Shown: piece after piece, positions 57,493 through 64,000 of the stretch
How the letters are laid out: every line of letters starts with the position of its first letter
Position numbering within the stretch: position 1 is the first letter of the stretch
DNA from: Candidatus Latescibacterota bacterium
GTDB lineage: Bacteria; Latescibacterota; UBA2968; UBA8231
Assembly (NCBI GenBank): GCA_965221775.1
Contig: CBDCSU010000004.1
Location: 1,116,011 to 1,180,010 of the forward strand
Direction of reading: 5' to 3'
DNA length: 64,000 nucleotides
The notes under the pieces: model-generated
What the model was told of the DNA's origin: nothing
The model's database searches: none
What the model saw: the letters and a program-made list of their open reading frames with translations, nothing else
Position numbers and translations under genes: made by a program

Positions 57493-59886
57493 ATGACCAT
57501 CCCTCGCCCACTCTGGAGGACGGCCGCCCCCGGCCTCGCCCTGCTGCTCCTAGGCCTGCCGGCGCCGGAAGGCCTGCGCGGCGAGGAGGACTACCCGCCC
57601 GGCACGTTTCAGCTGACGCCCACGGTGGACCTCGGGTTGCAGCCCGTTTCCGTCCACGTGCCGGATCGCTTCAGCGGCATCCCCCGCGACCTCGTCCTCA
57701 ACCTGCCCCCCGGCTTCTCCGCCTCCGTCTTCGCGGCGTACGGCTTCACGCAGCCGCGCTTCATGGCGGTGAGCCCCGAGGGCGTTCTCCACGTGGCCGA
57801 CATGAGGGCCAAGACGATCGTCGCCCTGCCCGACGCCGACGGCGACGGCGTCGCCGACGAGGCGATCGTCGCCGCCCGCGGGTTCACGCGCGCCCACAGC
57901 CTGGCCTTCTACGAGGGGGCGATGTACGTGGCCGATACGAACCGCATCGTGCGTCTCACCGACGCTGACGGCGACGGCGTCTACGAGGAGCGGGAGAACC
58001 TCGTGCGCTCCCTGCCCGAAGGGGGGTGGCACTCGACGCGCACCATCGTCTTCGACGAGGAGAACGACCGGTTCTACGTGGGCGTCGGCTGGCCCTGCGA
58101 CATGTGCCGGCACCCCGATCCCGAGCGCGGGACGGTGCTGCGCTTCAACGCCGACGGCAGCGGCCGCCGGGTCTTCGCCAGCGGCATCCGCAACCCCATC
58201 GGCATGGCCCTGCACCCGGTGACCAACCAGCTGTGGGCGACCAACAACGGCCACGATACCGAGGGCGCCAGCCTGCCGCCGGAGTGGATCGACATCATCC
58301 GCGACGGCGGCTTCTACGGCACCCCCCTGGCCTACGGCTACCAGGTCTACGTCGACTTCGACCTGCCCCGGTACCGCGAGAACCTGCCGCTCTCGCCCGA
58401 GGACTCGACCCTGGTGCAGAGCATGGTGCGCCCCGCCGCCCTGATCCCCGCCCACCTGGCGCCCATGGGCCTGCACTTCTACACCGGCGACCAGTTCCCG
58501 GCCCGCTACCAGGGAGCCGCCTTCGTCGCCATCCACGCCGGGCACGCCAAGCTGGCGCCGGTCCCCGGGTACAGCGTCGTCGCCCTCTTCAGCGAGCCCG
58601 ACGGGTCCGACGCCCGCATCGCCGACTTCGCCACCGGCTTCCAGACCGGCACCGAGGTCTCCGACGTGTGGGGGTTTCCGGTGGGGATCGTCAGCGACGA
58701 GGCGGGCAACCTCTACGTCTCCAGCGACCGCCACGTGCGCGCCATCCTGAGGATCACCCACGGGCCCGTCGCCGCCTCCTGGGAGCACACCTTCCCCGGC
58801 TCGATCGTGAACGGCGCCACCCTGGCGGTGGAGGCCGGCGTCCGTGTGGAGCGGCTGGCCCCCGGCGGGGAGAGCCCCGCGGTCACCGCCGATCTCAGCG
58901 CCCTCGGAGGCGCCTCGCGGGTGCCCCTGGAAGAGGTGGGAGAGCGCACCTGGCGCCTGCGGACCTCGCTCCCGGTGGACGCGCCGCCGGGGCTGAAGAC
59001 GGTATCCGTCCTCGTCGAGCAGCGCGCCGGCTCCGAGACCCACGCCACGCGGTTGACGGCCACGGTGATGGTGGAGCCCGCCGAGGTGGTCCCCGATCTG
59101 GTGATCTACGACGACAGCCTGGCCGATGGCTGGTCGGTCTTCAACGGCACCTGGCTCGACGACTTCTCCTTCGACCTGGCCGACGAGGAGGAGGTCTTCC
59201 GGGGCCGGCGGTCCGCCACCTTCCCCGTGCGCTGGGACGACTGGGACTGGGTGGTGAAGTTCCTCCCCGACGAACCCCTGGACCCGGCGGGCTACGGCCG
59301 CCTGCGCTTCGCCTTCCATCCGGGCCTCTCGGTGGTCCAGGGCCCCCCGCGCTTCACCGTCTACCTGGCCGAGACGACGATCGACCTGGCGGCGGAGGGA
59401 CGGGTGGAGACCGAACCCGCGCGCCCCGGCCGCCATCGCTTCGGCGACGACCGCTGGCAGGTGGTGGAGGTGCCCCTCGCCGCCTTCGGCCCGCCCAAGG
59501 AGATCCGTGAGGTGACGTTCTCGGGCAACTTCGGGGGCCGCTTCTTCATCGACGACCTGCGGCTCACGGGAGCGGTGCCGACCGCCGTGGGAGAGGTGGA
59601 GGCGGTGCCTTCCGCCTTCGCCCTGGAGCAGAACCACCCCAACCCCTTCAACAGCTCCACGCGCATCGGCTTCAGCCTGCCCGGCGGCGCGGCGCGGCTC
59701 ACCATCTACAACCTGCTGGGCCAGAAGGTCGCCACGCTCCTGGAAGGCGACAGCCCCGCCGGGGCCCGCTCCATCCTCTGGGAGGGCCGCGGCGACGGCG
59801 GCCGCGAGCTGGCCACCGGGGTCTACCTCTACCGGCTGGAAGCGGCGGGACAGGTGCAGACGCGGAGGCTGGTGCTCCTGCGCTGA
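57493..59886 (+). CDS. Secreted PQQ/L-sorbosone dehydrogenase-like propeller plus CBM-like domain and T9SS-type C-terminal domain
   Basis: LPPGFS, GGWHSTRTI, GIRNPIG, AHLAPMGLHFY, IYDDSLADGW, PNPFN...WEGRG..LATGVY...RLVLLR. Confidence 0.85.
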   Translation: MTIPRPLWRTAAPGLALLLLGLPAPEGLRGEEDYPPGTFQLTPTVDLGLQPVSVHVPDRFSGIPRDLVLNLPPGFSASVFAAYGFTQPRFMAVSPEGVLHVADMRAKTIVALPDADGDGVADEAIVAARGFTRAHSLAFYEGAMYVADTNRIVRLTDADGDGVYEERENLVRSLPEGGWHSTRTIVFDEENDRFYVGVGWPCDMCRHPDPERGTVLRFNADGSGRRVFASGIRNPIGMALHPVTNQLWATNNGHDTEGASLPPEWIDIIRDGGFYGTPLAYGYQVYVDFDLPRYRENLPLSPEDSTLVQSMVRPAALIPAHLAPMGLHFYTGDQFPARYQGAAFVAIHAGHAKLAPVPGYSVVALFSEPDGSDARIADFATGFQTGTEVSDVWGFPVGIVSDEAGNLYVSSDRHVRAILRITHGPVAASWEHTFPGSIVNGATLAVEAGVRVERLAPGGESPAVTADLSALGGASRVPLEEVGERTWRLRTSLPVDAPPGLKTVSVLVEQRAGSETHATRLTATVMVEPAEVVPDLVIYDDSLADGWSVFNGTWLDDFSFDLADEEEVFRGRRSATFPVRWDDWDWVVKFLPDEPLDPAGYGRLRFAFHPGLSVVQGPPRFTVYLAETTIDLAAEGRVETEPARPGRHRFGDDRWQVVEVPLAAFGPPKEIREVTFSGNFGGRFFIDDLRLTGAVPTAVGEVEAVPSAFALEQNHPNPFNSSTRIGFSLPGGAARLTIYNLLGQKVATLLEGDSPAGARSILWEGRGDGGRELATGVYLYRLEAAGQVQTRRLVLLR

Positions 59887-59898
59887 CCGCCGGCGGCG

Positions 59899-60876
59899 TC
59901 AGCGCTCCCGCAGCACCAGGTGGAGCTGCCGGGCGATGGTCCCCGTCGTCATGGCGTGGACCACGGCGTTGATGCCCAGGCGCAGGTGGGCCTCGTTGCC
60001 GAAGGGCTGGGCCCAGAAGTGGACGTAGCCCTTGTCGGCGAAGAGGCCGGCGAGGCGCCCCTCGAGAAAGACCCCTTCCAGGTAGTGCCGCGGCCAGGCC
60101 TCCTCCCAGCCGGGAGGGGGGCCGTTGAAGTCGTAGAAGCAGCTGTAGACCGGGTGGCCGTCCGGGATGCGCCGCAGCCGCCCGCGGTGGCCGAGGGCCT
60201 CCTGGAAGAGGCCGCGCAGGGCCGCCTCGGCCTGGCTGAACTCCAGGCCGGGCCTGGCGTTGTCGGCGAAGACGAAGCCGCCGCCGCGCAGGTACTCCGC
60301 GAGGGCCCGGGTCTCGCTGTCGGTGAGGTCGAAGACCTCGTCGGCGGTGATGTAGACGAAGGGGCTGCGCATGAACTGCGGCGAGCCGATGAAGATGTGG
60401 CGGTCCACGGCGGCGGCGATGCCGGTCTGCTCCGTGAGGGCGTCGGCGAGATTGGGGATGGCCAGGGCGGCGCTGTCGAAGCGCGGCCGCAGGCCGGTCC
60501 CCCAGGCGGTGGCCAGACGGATGAAGCCCCGCAGGTCCCGGCGGCCTTCGCCGGTGCGCGCGATCAGCCCCCGGTAGCGCCCGGAGTGGAGGCTGGCGCC
60601 GCGGAACAGCTCGCCGAGCCAGGTCTCGTCCTCCTTCCCGGAGTGCAGGACGTAGAGGGTGTCCCCCGGGACCAGGGGACTGGCGGCCCGGTCCAGGCTG
60701 GCGCAGGGAGAGGAGAGGCTGCAGTCCGAGTCGTCCGAGCCGCCCCGGGCCAGGTACCCCGACTCCGGGTGCGCCTTGGGAGGGAGGGCGGCGCCGGCCG
60801 CCAGCAGGGCGAGGACGGGGATCCGTAGGCGCGTCGGGGTCGGTCGGGTTCCAGGGGCCATGGGCGGATCGATCAC
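59899..60876 (-). CDS. DUF4159 domain-containing exported protein
   Basis: PFVYIT, LAEYLRGGGFVFAD, IPDGHPVY, LGINAVVHAMT; GTGA coupling; signal-like N-terminus. Confidence 0.75.
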   Translation of the reverse strand: MIDPPMAPGTRPTPTRLRIPVLALLAAGAALPPKAHPESGYLARGGSDDSDCSLSSPCASLDRAASPLVPGDTLYVLHSGKEDETWLGELFRGASLHSGRYRGLIARTGEGRRDLRGFIRLATAWGTGLRPRFDSAALAIPNLADALTEQTGIAAAVDRHIFIGSPQFMRSPFVYITADEVFDLTDSETRALAEYLRGGGFVFADNARPGLEFSQAEAALRGLFQEALGHRGRLRRIPDGHPVYSCFYDFNGPPPGWEEAWPRHYLEGVFLEGRLAGLFADKGYVHFWAQPFGNEAHLRLGINAVVHAMTTGTIARQLHLVLRER

Positions 60877-63800
60877 TTTCTCCGGGCCGCCGCCAGGGCG
60901 CGGGAGGCGTACATCATCTCGCGCACGGCGGCCAGGACGTGCTGGGTGGCGTGGGCGATCCCCCAGCGCAGGGGATCCTCGCGTTCGGGGTCGCGGCGCC
61001 GGGCGCCGGCGGCGTAGCTGTCGAAGACGGGCACCATGGCGTCGGCGTACTTCGGGTCTCCCGTATCCTCGTACAGGGCCGCCAGGGCGTCGAGGTGGTG
61101 GAAGGCGCGGTCCTCCCCGGCGGCGCCGGTGCGCTCGATCCAGAGCCGCCGGACCTCGTCGTTGATCCGCCCGTACCAGAGGGCCATGCGGGCCCCGTGG
61201 CCGCCGGCGTACCAGCGGTTGCGGTCGGTCCGGGCGTGGGTGCTCCAGAGGCGATCGGCCTCCTGCCGCCAGACCTCCTCCCCGGTCTCCAGGTACATCC
61301 GCGCGAGCCCGGCGATCGGGTTGGAGAGGTAGCGCCAGCCGTAGTCGTGGAAGGCGGCGCCGGGGTGGGCCATGGCCCGCGCCATGCGCCGGCCCGCCTC
61401 CCAGGCCGGCAGGTAGCCGGTGACGCGGTACATCTCCAGGAAGGGGTCGACCATCGAGTGGCCGGAGTCGCCGGGGGAGAGCCAGATGCACTCGTGGTGG
61501 CGGCGGCTGAGGCCGCTCGCGGCGGGGTCCCGCGGATCGTGGCGGATGGTGCCCACCTCCAGCAGGTGGCGGGTGTGGGCCGAGGCCAGCTCGAGCCAGC
61601 GGCGGTCGCCGGAGCGCAGGAAGGCGAGCCACGGGACGTGGGCGATGTTCTGCTCGTTCAGCAGGTGACCGTAGCGCCCATGGTTCTCCCAGCGCCCCTG
61701 GCGGGCCACGTAGGCCGCCGGCAGCGAGCCCCAGACCCACTGGCCGTACCAGCGGTAGACGCGCTGGTTGAGCCGCCAGCTCTCCAGCGCCTCCTCCACC
61801 AGGGCCTCGAGATCGGGGCAGACCTCCGGGTCGTAGGGCTGCAGGTGCATGAGCGCCCCGGTGGCCGTCAGGTACCGCGGCGGCACGGCGCAGACCACGG
61901 GCTCGCCGAAGATGCGCTCGTACAGGGGCAGCTCGAACCACGCGGCGGGGTCGATGATGAACTCGTGGGTGCGCGAGACCCCGGCCGCCAGGGCCCAGGT
62001 GGGAGCGCTGCTTGATGTCAGCATGCCGTCCTCCCGCGGGCGCCAGTCCATCGCCCCCCGGTCCTCCGGCCAGTAGTGGAAGGTCACCGTGCCCTCCTCC
62101 ACGGAGGCCTCGATGCGCTTGGGGAAGAGGCGCCAGAAGTCGCGGTGATGGATGATCAGATCGCGCTCCTTGCGGCGCATCCTCACGGTGCCGGTGGAGC
62201 GCGAGCCCTGCCGGCTCAGCCGCGACGTCGCCGCCTCGGCGTGCTCGTCGTCGAGCTGCCGGACCACCACCAGGCTGTCGCTGGAGACCTCCTCGCCGTC
62301 GAGGTCGACGGCGGCCTCCTTCCAGAAGGGGCCCTCCGGGCGGAAGCGGATGCCGGCGCCGCCGAGGGTGTCCTCCCACGGATCCCCCGTGTAGGTCCAG
62401 GTGTGGTACAGGCGGAAGAACGGACTGCCGCGGTAGAACTCGGCGTCCAGCTCCCCGCGCGCCACCGGGTCCCCTTCCCCCTTCGCGGGGTGGTACCAGC
62501 CGGTGATCCGGACGCGGCAGCGGAGGGGCCCGTTCTCCACGATGCGAACCCCGGCCTCCGGACCGGCGACGAGGAACCGGTAGAGGCGCCCCTCCCCGGT
62601 CTTCCACCACAGGTCCCCGGGCTGCAGCAGGCCCTCGATGGTGCCGTCGGCCCCGAAGACCCAGACGCGGGTGCCCACGTCGACGGCGACGCCGTCCCCC
62701 CGGCGTCCGGCCATGGCCGGCCCCGGCCCGGGGTCGTCGGACCGGTCCAGGGTCAGGAAGCCGTTGCCGCCGCCGACGACATCGCTCTGGAAGTCGACGA
62801 GGAGCCAGCGGACGCTGCCGTCGGGCCACGTGCCCGTGACCTTCGTCTGCGTGTCGAGCCGCCGTCCGAGGGCGTCGCTGAGGGTGATCCCGGCGCCCGG
62901 CGGGAACGCTCCCGGGGCGAAGGGGACCCCCACCCGCATGGGCCAGTCGACGCGGGTCAGCCCGGCCGCTTCCTCGACGCCGATGGGCACCCGGCCGCCG
63001 CCGGGCAGCTCCACCTGGCGCAGGGCGGTGACGAAGGGGCGCTCCCTCTCGGCGAAGGACCCCGCCGAGCGCCGGGCCTCCGCGGCGCGGCCGCGGGCGC
63101 GGCCGGCGAGGACGCGTTCCTCCGCGTAGGAGTGGAGGGCTTCCTCCTCTCCCAGATCGACGTCGAGCCGGAAGGTGTAGCGGCCGTCCTCCAGCTCTCC
63201 GAGGTCGAGTTCCACGCGGCGGTCGAGGGTGCGGGTCTCCATGGGGTTCAGGTCGTACTTCCAGGCCTCCCGGAGCGCGGTCCGGCCGAGGACGTCCGTC
63301 ACCGTCAGCCGGAAGCGGACCGGCGTGCGGTCGTAGCAGCTGTCGTAGAGGCGCGCGTAGTGGCGCATGCGCAGCGGGATCGACTGGATCCCGGGGACCG
63401 CCATGAGGGCGTCGGCGATGCCGGCGTCGGCCAGACCGAAGCGGTCGCGGCGCAGGTTGTTGAAGTAGAACCTGCTCTGCGCGGCGGCGCTGCGGCCCTC
63501 GTTGGGCCAGGGCACCATCGTGTGCCCGGCGATGACGGCGGCGTTGTCGCGCACCAGCCGCGCGAAGCGCTGCGCCGCGGAGCGCTCCTCCGGCTTGACG
63601 AAACCCGGGTGGAGGCGGTCCCCCGGGGCGAAGGGCTGGTAGGTGAGGTGCATCTCCACCCTCTCGCCGGGCGCCAGCAGTTCCTTCTTGCGCCGCGGCT
63701 CCACCGTGAACCACCCCCGCTTCGGGTGCTTCTCGCGGCGGTAGTCGGTCCAGGTGGCGCAGACCTGCGCGTCCCCCCGGCGGAAGGTCATCCACACGCC

Positions 63801-63998
63801 GTTGCCGGTGCGCGGGTTGATCGCCATCCAGTAGCCGGGCACGTCGAGGAAGTGGGTGTCGCGCCCCAGTCCCACGCGGATGCGGCGCATCTGCCCCCGG
63901 CCGGGGCCCGGCGCGACGATGACGGAGTGCTCGCCGTAGGGATCGTCCAGCATCAGGTACGGATGCCAGCGGATCCACAGGGGAACCGCCTCCTCGCC
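60873..63998 (-). CDS. Exo-rhamnogalacturonan lyase (PcRGLX/YetA)-like large protein, 5' partial
   Basis: WPMRVGVPFAPG, WPDGSVRWLLVDF, DFWRLFPK, G.SRTHE, YGQW.WG; frame open to the window end. Confidence 0.6.
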   Translation of the reverse strand, partial: GEEAVPLWIRWHPYLMLDDPYGEHSVIVAPGPGRGQMRRIRVGLGRDTHFLDVPGYWMAINPRTGNGVWMTFRRGDAQVCATWTDYRREKHPKRGWFTVEPRRKKELLAPGERVEMHLTYQPFAPGDRLHPGFVKPEERSAAQRFARLVRDNAAVIAGHTMVPWPNEGRSAAAQSRFYFNNLRRDRFGLADAGIADALMAVPGIQSIPLRMRHYARLYDSCYDRTPVRFRLTVTDVLGRTALREAWKYDLNPMETRTLDRRVELDLGELEDGRYTFRLDVDLGEEEALHSYAEERVLAGRARGRAAEARRSAGSFAERERPFVTALRQVELPGGGRVPIGVEEAAGLTRVDWPMRVGVPFAPGAFPPGAGITLSDALGRRLDTQTKVTGTWPDGSVRWLLVDFQSDVVGGGNGFLTLDRSDDPGPGPAMAGRRGDGVAVDVGTRVWVFGADGTIEGLLQPGDLWWKTGEGRLYRFLVAGPEAGVRIVENGPLRCRVRITGWYHPAKGEGDPVARGELDAEFYRGSPFFRLYHTWTYTGDPWEDTLGGAGIRFRPEGPFWKEAAVDLDGEEVSSDSLVVVRQLDDEHAEAATSRLSRQGSRSTGTVRMRRKERDLIIHHRDFWRLFPKRIEASVEEGTVTFHYWPEDRGAMDWRPREDGMLTSSSAPTWALAAGVSRTHEFIIDPAAWFELPLYERIFGEPVVCAVPPRYLTATGALMHLQPYDPEVCPDLEALVEEALESWRLNQRVYRWYGQWVWGSLPAAYVARQGRWENHGRYGHLLNEQNIAHVPWLAFLRSGDRRWLELASAHTRHLLEVGTIRHDPRDPAASGLSRRHHECIWLSPGDSGHSMVDPFLEMYRVTGYLPAWEAGRRMARAMAHPGAAFHDYGWRYLSNPIAGLARMYLETGEEVWRQEADRLWSTHARTDRNRWYAGGHGARMALWYGRINDEVRRLWIERTGAAGEDRAFHHLDALAALYEDTGDPKYADAMVPVFDSYAAGARRRDPEREDPLRWGIAHATQHVLAAVREMMYASRALAAARRK

Positions 63999-64000
63999 GA

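Noticed and set aside
58090-58115. CDMCRH as a heme-binding motif
   Set aside because: Not CxxCH; it matches the CxxC commonly seen in sorbosone dehydrogenase-like propellers.
1-64000. CRISPR arrays, tRNA/rRNA, IS elements, integrases
   Set aside because: No regularly spaced repeats, cloverleaf or rRNA signatures, or transposase/recombinase motifs recognised by eye.

Overview
GC-rich bacterial chromosomal window with about 55 genes and no rRNA, tRNA, CRISPR or transposase detected. Gene content suggests an FCB-superphylum organism such as Ca. Latescibacterota or a Gemmatimonadota-like, possibly sponge-associated lineage; this is inference only. The supporting content is multiple Gfo/Idh/MocA oxidoreductases, PhyH dioxygenases, BNR/sialidase-fold proteins, enolase-superfamily enzymes, DUF6785/6784 membrane proteins, ankyrin proteins and FlgD-Ig-type C-terminal sorting domains. 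Highlights: (1) a porZ-porU type IX secretion attachment module whose C25 sortase has Ser at the catalytic Cys position, plus three cargo proteins sharing a 'TAV' linker before their C-terminal domain; (2) a UGA-recoded selenocysteine lipoprotein peroxiredoxin (UxxC) with a bacterial SECIS-like hairpin, split in the ORF track; (3) two lower-GC defence-like islets, HicAB/DUF2442 pseudogene/ABC-ATPase+DUF4276 and a PtuA-like ATPase (Walker B E->V) paired with a PLD/Zn-finger nuclease, the latter inside a decayed tandem duplication; (4) a G8 homopolymer frameshift in a BNR gene; (5) unannotated small genes. All family assignments come from motif recognition by eye, not database searches.
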